Shown here in pieces: positions 52,621 through 64,000 of a DNA stretch of 64,000 nucleotides (within the stretch, counting starts at the first letter, position 1; every line of letters begins with the position of its first letter). Both the position numbers and the translations under genes were made by a program. This DNA is from Girardia tigrina (taxonomy: Eukaryota): NCBI GenBank assembly GCA_001938485.1, contig MQRK01241122.1, forward strand, positions 1 to 64,000, given 5' to 3'. The notes under the pieces were generated by a model. That model did not search any database, was not told the DNA's origin, and saw only the letters and a list, made by a program, of their open reading frames with translations.

Positions 52621-55055
52621 TGTTCATTATAATCATAAAAATATGTTTTAAGATTTTCAAATCACTGTTAATATTCAATAAATCAGTTGGTAGAAAAAAA
52701 CGTTTCTTTCCTTCTCAACTTCCTATTTAAAAAGAGACTTGTATCTTTCTTAACAGTTCGTTTATATAAATTAGTAACGCTAATTTGCCAGACATATGAA
52801 AAATTTAGACAAAACAGAACATATTTTATATTTCCCTAATGCATTAAAAATAGAATTTAATAATAAAAAAATCTGTTTTCCACACTGCATAACATTCAGT
52901 GACACAAGAAACTCACACAAATCCTTCAGAGATTCTTTGACGAAACATGTTTTCACATTTAATACGGCATCGTAAAACAGACATTTATCCAAACACAGCC
53001 ACTGATAAACGTTTGTCATAATCAACTTTATTCATTTATTAATTATGTTTTTCTTCAGTTTCTGTTTCATAAATCTTTTTTCTCAGAATAAAATTCATCT
53101 TTCTTTGAGACATGAAACATCATAAAACGATCGTCAGACCGTCCATCCGGTCATATGATGGAATTTATTATTTCACATGGTCATTATATTTCGAATGTCA
53201 GTTGTCGCTTTATATTTATGCGTCATGAAATTTCGTTTAATGTGTGGTTAAATGTAATGATATATTTTGTTGAGATTTTCTGAACATTTGACATTAACTG
53301 TTTGATATTAATTACAAATTTCAGAGATTTACTGCAAATTGAACGCATTTGCTTTCAGGGGGTCGAGATTCTGTTTATCGTCCATCAGGCTGAGACACAG
53401 CCGCCTTCTTTGTTGATCCCAACAATAAGTTTATTAGCCCATTAAATTACTTCATCATCTAAAAGAAATAAAAAATAACAGAGAATTTTACTTTTAATAA
53501 TATTATTTATTATAAATCCAGAAACAAATAATACTTTAATTATATTAAAATGTAATTTCTCTAACTTTTGTTGGAATGTCTCATCTTTCACGCGACTGTC
53601 GGGCCACACTCCTTGACAAATTGTCAAAATAAACAGTCAAAATCAAAAGCCAAACTAAAAATAAATCAAAATATTTTCAAAACTAATTTCAATAATCTCT
53701 CAAATATAAATATAAAATTATAAATAGATTCACTTTTTCTAAAAGAATGTGGTAATTTTTCATTAAATTAAATTCACTTAAAAAATTAAATACAAATTTA
53801 TTAAGTATTATTATTTTCTATAGAGAAAATATTTAATTTTCAGTTGAAACTAAAACGAGAATATATATAATAAAAAAATAAAGCGATGATAAATTCAATA
53901 ATTTCGTAAACTTAAAAGTCGAAAGCCACTTGAAAATGTTTATTAATTTCGACGGATTAACTGTCATCGTCAGAACAAATACTTTTTTACTTATATACTG
54001 CCAGTAATTATTATGCAATCAATACGTCATCGATAAATCATTTAAAAACCCTCAATAAAGTTATCGAGAGTGCATTTTGAACGTTAAGTTCAGGATACAA
54101 AGATCTTATATATAACGCTTCACATGCCACTCTCTCCCAATAATTCTTAAATTGATTGCACAGAATTTTAAAGTTATTTTAAACTTTAATTTTAAAACTG
54201 CAATTTTAAACTTTTGGTGTTAGGTAGTGCCCTTTTGTTTATTTTTATGTTTGTTTTTTCTTTCGCTGTGCCTCTGTATATTGTGTTTCAGATACGGACA
54301 TGTTTTTCCTCTTAACCACAGGAGGTTTGTTTACAGGTGGTGTTTTTGTAGGGGTTACGTTAAGTATGACTTGGTTTTTTGCTTAGGCTGTTTGATGGTT
54401 AAGGCTTGTATTTCGTTATTGATATTGTTTCGTTATTGTAGTAAGACTGATGTTCTATAGAGAATTATAGAACATTTTCGTAGTAAGTAAATGTTCTTCG
54501 AAGTTCATCTAGCTAGAAAATTTCCGAATTTAGATCTTTAAAATACTTTGGTCAGTAAGGCTAATGATTAAGATTATTTTTACTTTCGTTAAATGAACAT
54601 TATTATTAATGGTGCTGAATTAAAAAATTTAAAAAATAAAATTGGTATTGTATTTAAAATAATTTTAGGTAAAAAATGCTTTTAAACTGAAATATTGATA
54701 ATAAATAAAACGTTAAAATCTTTTATGAATTATAAACGTTTCACAAATAAAAGAAAATAACATTAAACTAATTCTAAAATAATAAAAAATCATTTTTGTT
54801 AATTTAGTAAAAATATGACTATAATAAATTATGTTGGTTTTAATTTAAATTTAGTTGCATAAAATGGAGGAATGTAAATTTTCAAAATAAAGAGAATTAA
54901 AAAATTTCAATTTTAAAATAGCTTATCAGTATTTATAATTCCATATTTTTATATAAAAATCTGGTCAAAAAGAAAACGAAGAAAAGTTCCTCGACAAAAA
55001 ATTGTTTGAATAATTGTTATTTGTGTTAGAAATAAAATTTTGGTGTTAATGAGTC

Positions 55056-55493
55056 TTAATCTCGATCAAGAATCCAACACCGGTCAACTTCGATCATTGC
55101 CGAGATTTTATCGACATTCTCAACGATAGGCCTGCCTGTGCGAGGCGCATCTTTAACATTAAAAATGCCTCCACGGAATCCACGAAACCAAAATTGCATG
55201 TAATTAGCTGTTACAGTATTGGCACCATAAACACCATTCGCAATAACAGCCGCCTGGCTTGCATTTTCGCCTTTATCGAATAAAAACTGTAAAATGTACC
55301 GAATTTTTTCTTTGTTGACTTCCATTTTTAACACCCTGTAACTCAGAATTGAATAAAGAAAGCAATACATTTTTTTGTGAAATTACTGTGAAATATTACC
55401 TTAACAAAGTACATAAATTTGAAATTGTTTGATCGATAAATAATGAATTAAAATAATGGACTAAAATAATGGATTACTTTTTCCCTAACCTAA
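55056..55493 (-). mobile_element. Mariner 5' fragment
   Basis: TA|TTAGGTTAGGG TIR; MEVNKEKIRYILQFLFDKGENASQAA..WFRGFR..DAPRTGRP. Confidence 0.88.
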
Positions 55494-55615
55494 TATATAT
55501 AAATATATAGCAATACAATTTTCAATGAGTGAAATTGGCTCAATTCGTAAATCTAGTGTTAATATATTTTAATTAATCTTTATAATGTAAGATTTAATTT
55601 CATTTCGTCATTCAG

Positions 55616-56467
55616 TGTCCCATATCAACAGATTGTAAACAGCAAGTGCGTCGAAGAGAAGTAAAATGTGTCTCATTATTGAGTTCTGGAAGCCTAAAAA
55701 TTCAGTCCAGTGGAATTTGTTATCGAATGAGAGAAAAACCTCCAAGCAGCTGGATGCATTGCCAGTCGAATCTCAATCAACATTGCCTTGAATTAAAAAA
55801 GGAAAATAAAAAAGCCCATTCAATAATTAAAATTAAACAGGAAAATTCTGAGATTCATCAAATGAGACATACAAAGCGTCTTAAGGTGTTTGTTGGTCAA
55901 ACGGCGTACGTGTTTGGTTTTTCCAGATTATCATTGTTTTGTCCAGTTTCAAAAATCCATCGAAATAAAATCATGTGGATACATGAAAATAAAAGTTATG
56001 AGTACGATGGAAGTCTAAGAGAAAGAATTAAAGTCAACCCAAAAGGTGCTTTAATCATTCGAGAATTTTATCTAAAGGATGCTGGTATATGGCGATGTAA
56101 AGTTGGTAAATACACAGCAGATGTTGTACTTCGACTTGAACAACAATCAACTGGATTTGACAACTGGCTTAAGAGACATGCTAATCACAATTATGGAATG
56201 CTAAATGAAGAATCAAATGTTTCTTTTATTAGACCGGAATCAATAGTTTGGATGAAGTCAGAATGGAGTCCATGTTCAACAACTTGTGAGAATAAAGAGA
56301 ATAGTGGTTTCCAGACGAGAAGAGTAACATGTGAAAAGATAGAAAGTCAATATTACAAAATAATTGATGACAAATATTGTCCTCCAACAAAACCTATCTC
56401 AGTAAAGAAATGCAAATCTGCAGACCTATGTCCTGTTTGGAAAGTTCTTTCTGACGAACAAGAACAG
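55616..56467 (+). CDS. ADAMTSL1/madd-4-like: ADAMTS-like protein, exon B (end of TSP1, Ig domain, TSP1)
   Basis: TTCAG acceptor; 852 nt open frame; Ig motifs LFCPV..IMW..GALIIREFYLKDAGIWRC; TSP1 WMKSEWSPCSTTC..GFQTRRVTC; donor CAG|GTAAAA. Confidence 0.9.
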
Positions 56468-56599
56468 GTAAAATCTTATAAATATATATAAATTTTATAT
56501 TTTCCTTTAAAATTAAAAGTCTTTCATTATTAAAGCGTCATAAATGTGTCGAAATAGTTAAAAATAATTATAATAACACATCTTAGACAATTATTAAGT

Positions 56600-57170
56600 A
56601 TTAGGACACAAATAAAACTTTTAAAGTAAAATACCTTCAAAACGTATCTCCAAAAGAATACGACCATGTTTTTGTGGATGGCACAGATGATCGTCAAACT
56701 ATTATTTGACGGACAATATCTGATAGCAAAGTTTTGAATATTGTTGCAGCAATTATGCAAAATCACTTACGTATTTCGAATTTTTTCATAATGGTGAATC
56801 CATCAACGCTGAGAGATACCTATAATTCCGGCAAAATATGATTTCAAACTTTGAAACAATACTATCTGCAGGAGAAATAGTCATTCAGCATGACTATACA
56901 AGACCTCACGTAGCACAGGTGATTCAACTTTGGCTTGAAGAATATCAGTATCTCTATTAAAATAACCTGCCTACTCACCAAACACAAACCTCACTTTATC
57001 TTCAAAAACTATGAGTGCTGCAAAGGAGGGATAAACTTCTATAATTTAGTAGAAGTGATAAACAATTTTCATCAATATGTTTTAGATTTTGGTAAGATTT
57101 TATCGACAAAAAATGAAATATTTTTGGTCCCTATATTTATAAACTTGCATTTTGTATCCAATATAATTTA
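56600..57170. mobile_element. Scrambled mariner remnants
   Basis: KNMVVFFW on minus; VIQHDYTRPHVA on plus. Confidence 0.45.
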
Positions 57171-57229
57171 AATATTTATTATAAATGTTTTATTTGTAAA
57201 AGTATCAGCCACTGAATATTTTCTATTTG

Positions 57230-58140
57230 TCTTTGTCCTTCGGTCTCTATATTTAACATTCGAATAATTTCTTCTGTCATCTCTTCCGGTCTTTCCATTG
57301 TCTCATTTCCATTGCTCCCGTTCTCTGAATTTATTCGGATTTTCATAGTACTGTGTTCCTACGTGTCCTTTCCTGTTAGAGGGTTGCACATAATATTTGG
57401 GCATTTTCTTCTTACAAGACCTTCTTGTGGCATGCCCAACAAGAAAATCTTTTAGTTTTGAAATTTCTCTTTGTTTCTTCTGTTATTCTTTCTTCGTTTC
57501 GTGATCTTGGTTGTCGTCTGGAGAAGGCATCCACTCTTATATCTCTGCTCTTTGATTCGAATTCGTATATTTTCTTTTGTATACATTCGATACCCTCAGC
57601 TTACGAGACACCTCTCAGGGCTATCTTTCTCTTCACTTCTCTATCATCTACCACGTAGGCATATGCCAGGTCTGATATATATTTTTCCAATTTCTTTTCC
57701 ACTAGTTTTCCAACTAGTTCGTCTTTTTTCCAAAATAAGGTTGATGGGTCGTTCGATCCAACTTTTATTTCAACAAGTTCTCTCATTCTCTCTACGATGT
57801 TCTCTTCTCTAGTGAATGCAGATCTCATTTTTGTTGGCCAGCTATCTCCTTGTGCATTATCGTACTTATTTATTGCTTCCGGAGTCATGAATGCTGTCAC
57901 CAGCAAGACTTTTCTTTCTTCTGAGAATCCCATGATTTTCGTTTATCTACCAAAGCATATTAAGAACTCCTCTACTTTTGACTCAGATCCGTCAAATATC
58001 TCTGGACTTCTAATGTTCTGAGTCACATGGTCGTTGGTCAGCATATTAAGAACACTAATTGGATTTTTCATACATTTATTTGTATCACAACTTGAATCGC
58101 CACTAGGACAATTCTCCATAAAACTTTCATAGCTAGTCAT
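57230..58140 (-). pseudogene. gag: Gypsy-like gag pseudogene
   Basis: PEIFDGSESKVEEFL capsid-like start; helical body; decayed knuckles CWACHK-EGLVRRKC and C..GKGH near 57350-57445; stops and frameshifts. Confidence 0.75.
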
Positions 58141-58454
58141 CGTTCTTGATTGATAAATTTAATTCTATTTCCGAACGTCTTATTATTTAAAAAAATTAAA
58201 TTACAATTTATTTATAATTTGATTTCAAAATAATTTATAATATAAATTACAAAAATAATTTTAATTATTTAAAAAATATTTTAGATATATTAATTATGAT
58301 ACATTAATTTAATTTTAAAGTAAGTTATTTAAATTTTAACACTGAATAAATACTTCGACGTTTTAAAATATTTAAGATATCAATCTTCCATCTGGGTGGG
58401 AGAACACAATCCTAAAACAACATACTATAATCACCTTTTAAAATATTCCTCACA
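58030..58454 (-). mobile_element. Putative 5' LTR overlapping the gag start
   Basis: TGTGAGGAATATT start at 58454; core TTCTCCCACCCAGATGG; gag ATG at 58140 lies within the region shared with the solo copies. Confidence 0.6.
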
Positions 58455-58976
58455 ACAATTAAAAAAATAATTAAATGTCGATGCAAGAATTGATAACCTT
58501 ATTTGATTAAATTGTGATATGAATGACTATTACTTATTAGTTTGAATGATGAAGAGTTTTAATTTATATTGTCAGAAAAAAGACACAATCACTGGAACAG
58601 ATTTATTGATACATGGAATCCTAATAATCTAAAGTATATACTTCTAGATAAAGCTTAGATATTCCAATTTCTCTTGCTTGTGTAGGCTTCAATTAATCTT
58701 TAACCACAAATTTTTAAAGGTTATAAAGTCTATCATCAGATTTTGATGACATCTGTTTAATTTAGTTTCCTCATAAAACAACACCAACATTATAAAACAA
58801 AATTTTTCCAATTAAAACAAAGTTTTTCTTAATCTTACAAGTAGTGTTTACAAAACTATATTACAAAAATTTCATTTAGCTACTAAATTTAAGTTGTAAA
58901 ATCAATTAAACTACAAAATTTTATATTTCAGAAGAAAAATAATACTAAAATTTAATTAATAGTTCTTCCCATTTAG

Positions 58977-59147
58977 TGTACGGACGAATGTGTGAATGTC
59001 GGTGTTGCCAAAACTAGCACCAAAATAATTTGCGAACACAATAATAAGTCTGTGGATTTATCCTTCTGCGATCGGGATAAAATACCAAAAATAACATGCC
59101 CTAACATAAAGTGTCAAATTTCTTATTATTATGGGCCGTGGTCTCAG
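58977..59147 (+). CDS. ADAMTSL1/madd-4-like: ADAMTS-like protein, exon C (degenerate TSP1)
   Basis: TTTAG acceptor; CTDECVNVG..C..C..CPNIKCQISYYYGPWSQ; donor CAG|GTATAT; phase 0 at both ends. Confidence 0.85.
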
Positions 59148-59206
59148 GTATATATTCATGTATTTAGAAATTAAATAAATGCTAATTTATTCTAATTTAC
59201 TACAAG

Positions 59207-59369
59207 TGTTCCCTGAGTTGCAGCAACACAACCGACAGAAGCATAAGGAGTCGAACGATGAAATGTGTATGGAATCACACTTTGAAACCAGCTTACCATT
59301 TATGCCAACAACATCAACTTTCCTTCTTTCCGTTGACTAAGCCCTGTAGAGTGCCAAAATGTATTTTGG
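59207..59369 (+). CDS. ADAMTSL1/madd-4-like: ADAMTS-like protein, exon D (TSP1); not in the ORF track
   Basis: 59-nt intron with CTAAT branch-like sites and an AAG acceptor; encodes CSLSCSNTTDRSIRSRTMKCVW..C..PCRVPKCIL; donor G|GTAAGT, phase 1. Confidence 0.82.
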
Positions 59370-59663
59370 GTAAGTCAATTAGACATTTGTTAAAACAGAC
59401 CATCATCTGTTGAATATGAAAAAATGAAAATAAGTCTGGAAAAATAGATTCTATGATTAAATTAACAAAATTTACGGGAAAAAATTGCAAAGGAATAAAA
59501 AAAATATTTTTGTTCAAATTCATATTTAATATCAATTTATCGGCTGAAATATTTAACCGTACCACGTTTTTATTCGTTTTGATTTTCTGTTTTAATTTTT
59601 ATCGAAAATTAATTTCATTATTTAACAATAATTTTGAAATTAGATTTTAATAGAAAGCACATA

Positions 59664-60934
59664 TTAGATTGGTCGAAAAATAATGGCGGTTTTGGGACAC
59701 AAACTTCAAAGTCGTGCAAATTCACAGAAACAAAAGTTTATTAATCAAAGTATGAACGGTTGGTATCAATACATTTTTGCCAGCGAGAAACAAATTGTTT
59801 TATTCCATCAGCATAAAATGCATCGGTTCTCGAAGCGACGAATTCTTGGAAGGCATTTTGAGCATCATTTTGGTTTTTGAAAATTTTTTCACGTAGGAAG
59901 TTNNNNNNNNNNNNNNNNNNNNNNNNNNNNNNNNNNNNNNNNNNNNNNNNNNNNNNNNATGAAGCAGGGTTTCATAGCCCAACTCATTAAGCTTTTGAAG
60001 AGTCACTTTCGAAATATGAGGTCTAGCGTTATCATGAAGAAGGATGGGACTTTTTCGATTGACCAATCCCGGACAAAAGGTTTTCAATTTTTTATGCATT
60101 TCATCAATTTCATCACAATACCTCTCCGCTGTGATTGTTTCACCTGGATTCAAGAAACTATAGTGGATGATTCCAGCATCACACCACCAAACTGTCACCA
60201 TAACCTTACGGGGTGTTAGTTTCGGTTTTGGAAAGTGTTTCGGTACTTCATCTTTGTCCAACCACTGTGCAGGTCGACGTCGGTTATCATAAAAGGATCT
60301 ATTTCTCATCACAGGTAACAATACGATCAAGAAATGGATCGAAGATGATTGACAGAACAAATTTCATAGCGTCGATTCTTTTGATTTTCATTCAAGTCAT
60401 ATGGAACCCATTTATCAAGTTTCTTGATTTTTCCAAGTTGTTTTAAATGATCCAGAACTGTTGAATGACTAATGCCCAACCCATCTGCAAGTTCTCTGAT
60501 TGTTGTACGGGGATCTGTTTCCACCATTGTCCTCAAATTGTCGTTATTCACAGCAACTGGACGACCACGACCTTCTTCATTTTCAAGGTTTTCATCTCCA
60601 TCAGAAATTTTTCGGAACGATCGTTGCATTGTGCGCTCAAAAGCTGTTCCCTTGCCAAACGCTTTATTGATATTACGAGCCGTTTCTGCTGCTTTACGAC
60701 CCAGTTTAAATTTGCACAAGAAAATTGCTCGAATTTTAAGTTTTTCCATTATTAATTTAGCACCGTAATATTCTAAAAAATAACAGCAATATGTTAATAA
60801 TGGCTATAGGAATATACAGCTAGGCATAAGATTTCAAATGATATCTAACACTAATGCATTTAAACTTATATACATATCAAAGTAGATAAAAAGTATAAAT
60901 CTCAAAAACCGCCATTATTTTTCGACCAACCTAA
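59664..60934 (-). mobile_element. Near full-length cecropia-subfamily (Hsmar1-like) mariner; transposase 60749-59741, frameshifted
   Basis: TIRs with TA TSD; IRAIFL..GRKAAETARNIN, WVPYDL, TCDEK*, HDNARPH; 1271 bp including a short gap. Confidence 0.95.
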
Positions 60935-61699
60935 TATATATATATATAATATTATATATTTATTGTTATTTGTTGTCATTAACACTATAACGGGAATGGT
61001 ATATTTAAATGAAATAAAAAATTAGGCTGCTATTAACGGTAGATTTTATTGTTACTTGATTTGTAAAAGACGTAGGTTGAGTTCTTTTCAGTACATTAAC
61101 GAAGCATAAACAACACAAAGGAAAGAAAGAACGCAAACTAAGAGAGACGTGAATTAATCGCACTGACTGAAAATAAATACAACATAGTTGTAATTACAAA
61201 ATGCAACAATATCGAAAAATGATTGTGAGATATTTAAAATAGAATTATTTTAAAATCTCGATTTTTAATGATAAAAACAAATGAAGGAAACAATCAAAGT
61301 AAAAAGTAATATGAGAATAACAGAAAATAATCCCCTAAATAAATAACGCATAAAATCAATATCAATATTTACAACATATTAATATTTTTATACTAGAATC
61401 GTTATGTCGAAAATTAAGAAAATTAATCGACGGGTTCTGAAAAAAAATACATGAACAATAAAAAAATATATTTCTTTAAATATTCGAATATTGTTGGGTG
61501 GTTTTTTTGAAAGAATACATTTTGGAACCGTTTAAATTGTTTTCACCGACTTAGCATATTTTTATTAAGCGAATTTATTTTATCGATGACCGTTACGTTG
61601 GACGATAACGAGCTGGCCGGGATCGGAGCTCAGAATGATACAAGGTCGTATGAAGATTATCTATGAGAGACTGAACGAATTTGTTACAACTTTTCCTTT

Positions 61700-62068
61700 T
61701 ATACATTTATATTATTTTCAATGATTTTATTTTCTAAATTTCTACTTCAATGATTTCTTCAATAACTTTATTTAAAAATTATTTTAATTTAAACGATTTC
61801 ATTTAGAAAAAATTATGTCATCGATTTTTAAATTCACTAATTTAATTAATTTTAAATTTATCAAAAATTTTAATATTTTAAAAGTTAAAATTTTTAGATA
61901 TCATATTTTAATTTAAAATGTAAATCATTTCCGAACAATTAATCATTACGAACATCCAAAATATCAATTTTCCATCTGGGTGGGAGAAGCACATTTCCAA
62001 ATACTAAGCTCAACATACAAAATTCAACATATCAATTTCAACATAATAAATTTAAAATATTCTTCCCG
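61700..62068 (-). mobile_element. LTR-like family copy (5' part)
   Basis: 61948-62065 is nearly identical to 30915-31032. Confidence 0.65.
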
Positions 62069-64000
62069 CTTTGAAATATCTTTAAAATATGCTATTTAAA
62101 TTAAAATATCCTTGATTTCCCCTGCTAATAAATGCTATTTCAACTACTCAAGTTATTTTCCAAAAATTGAGACCATAGACTCAAATTGACAGAATACTTT
62201 TGACCTTTTATTGAACAATATTTACTAAATGAAGTTCGAGATTATTGTGGGAAAATTTTGTAACAGCAATTTTTATTACATGGTGAAACAACGTCTAATT
62301 AAATAAAGATTTTATATAAACTGTTTGACCATGATTCAGTTCGTCATGCTTCGTCATACGTAAACTATAATCTCCTTTCCATATTTATCAGACTTAAAAG
62401 TCGTTATTGGTTTCTAAACGTCATTTATCTAGTACAGCTTTCTACACATGATGTAAAGATATTTATTATTTTTTTTATTTAGTTCATTTATAAATTTATA
62501 ATTACGTTTATTATTACCCTGTATAACAGGGTTTATAAAATAATATCTTGGACTAAGTGGGAAGGATAAATTCTAGTTCATTGATTTTGTTGTATTGATT
62601 ATATTGTTGAATATGTTGGGACTAGTGAGTTTTTCCTTCGCGTCAGCCTCGGGCCTATTCATTGCAGAACCATTTGTAACTTCACAAGAACACTCGGTTC
62701 TTAATCAATAAAAACTTTTCGTGAGCATATTTCCAATTTATAGTTTTACTGAAAACCTTATCCAAACGATTTTCGTTTCCGTATCTGAGTGTTTACTTAA
62801 GTTTTCGTCCATCCCTCTGAACTCAACATCTGTACTAATACATTTTGAATCGGAATATAAAGAAGTTCCAAACTCACGAAATACAATATTTTCTTCATAG
62901 AAACTACTATCGTAACATGAATCAAGTGCAATTTGTTTACAAATAGCCAATACAATGTTTAAACTCATAAAATAACTGAATAATAACAAAAGTTTCCTAC
63001 CATAACTCTTACAAGATGTTCTTCAAAACATGATCCATAATTGTACTACTTCTACATAATTAGGAATGTTTAGCAATTCTGTTCTTTATTTGTCTCATGA
63101 TCAAGGAATTTTTTAGACAAACTAAAGATTCTGATATATTTAAGAGACATTTAGCGATTCGAATAATTAAAAATATTTTAATTATTACATCTATTATAAC
63201 GATTTTTTCTTAAATCATCTAAAAGCCTTAGTTCTTTCGTATCACAAAAAGTAAAGTTTCCTTGTATTACTCCATTCTTCACCTTAGTGATTGAAATACT
63301 TATTTTTAAATAAATTAATTCTAAAATATAAATTCTTGCACCTTTGATGAACAAATTGACCCCTTCTTTACTTTGAAAAAAATCTGACTTGTTTAGTCAA
63401 TCTAATAAAAAAACTTCAAAACTGAAAGATCCTTAGCATCACTGGTCATTTGTAAATCTTTCAATCATTAAGTAGAACCACAAGAAAAAATGAAGGGCCC
63501 CTGCAAATCAGAATATATTTCCACACATTAAAAGACAAAATACATTTTATTAATGCAGTTCTTTATCTGAGAGTGAAGAATACTGAATGATTTTTTGATT
63601 AAATAATTATATTTACTTGCGTCATGTTTATTGAACTTTTAAAAATGATAAAAAAACATAAATTTAGCAAAAATCCTTTTTTTACATTTTCAAAGCTAAA
63701 AAATAAATAGTGAGTCAAAAACATTCAGTTTGTATACCTAACAGATTTTCTGCGACATTAAAGAACTTATGTTGAAATATTATTATTTATATTTTGAAAA
63801 TAATTTTTCCAGAAACAAAGATTCATAAAGATAAATCTTGTTATTCGGAGAGTCCTGTCACTGAGTCAGCGGAAATTAATTGACTATTTATGTATCGGAA
63901 TATGGATAAATAAATATGATCAAAGGGTTTTTTCCAAAGTCCAAAATCCTATGGCTTAATGTAAATAAATATAAAAAACTATTATTTATTTAATTCGGCT

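Noticed and set aside
59683-59880. ORF MAVLGHKLQ... present twice (also 22372-22569)
   Set aside because: Antisense frame of two similar mariner copies; no independent coding evidence.
62560-63600. Minus-strand ORF 62738-62989 and surrounding coding-like sequence; also searched here for the PLAC exon
   Set aside because: No recognisable motif; no PLAC-like Cys pattern behind a phase-1 acceptor.
1-64000. CRISPR arrays, rRNA/tRNA genes, prokaryotic operons
   Set aside because: None seen; spliceosomal introns and animal TE families indicate eukaryotic nuclear DNA.

Overview
Very AT-rich eukaryotic (invertebrate) genomic DNA from a gapped draft assembly; the TE mix is compatible with a planarian, but that is inference only. 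The only host gene I can support is a set of four + strand exons (49949-59369) of an ADAMTS-like secreted protein (TSP1-TSP1-Ig-TSP1 x3; punctin/MADD-4 type), incomplete at both ends. Almost everything else is transposon debris: mariner, Tc1, pogo/Tigger, hAT, piggyBac, MULE, Chapaev3, an RTE-like LINE, Penelope-like elements and Gypsy. The most notable observations are: (i) an abundant LTR-like family whose solo copies carry the first ~40 codons of gag; (ii) minimal hammerhead ribozyme motifs in Penelope tails, some in inverted copies; (iii) a 1.7 kb GC-rich island with an unrecognised, internally repeated antisense ORF upstream of a PPT/LTR-like junction; (iv) an RTE-like LINE with three C-terminal C2H2 fingers inside a four-level nested insertion. 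All alignments were made by eye, so family assignments need database confirmation.
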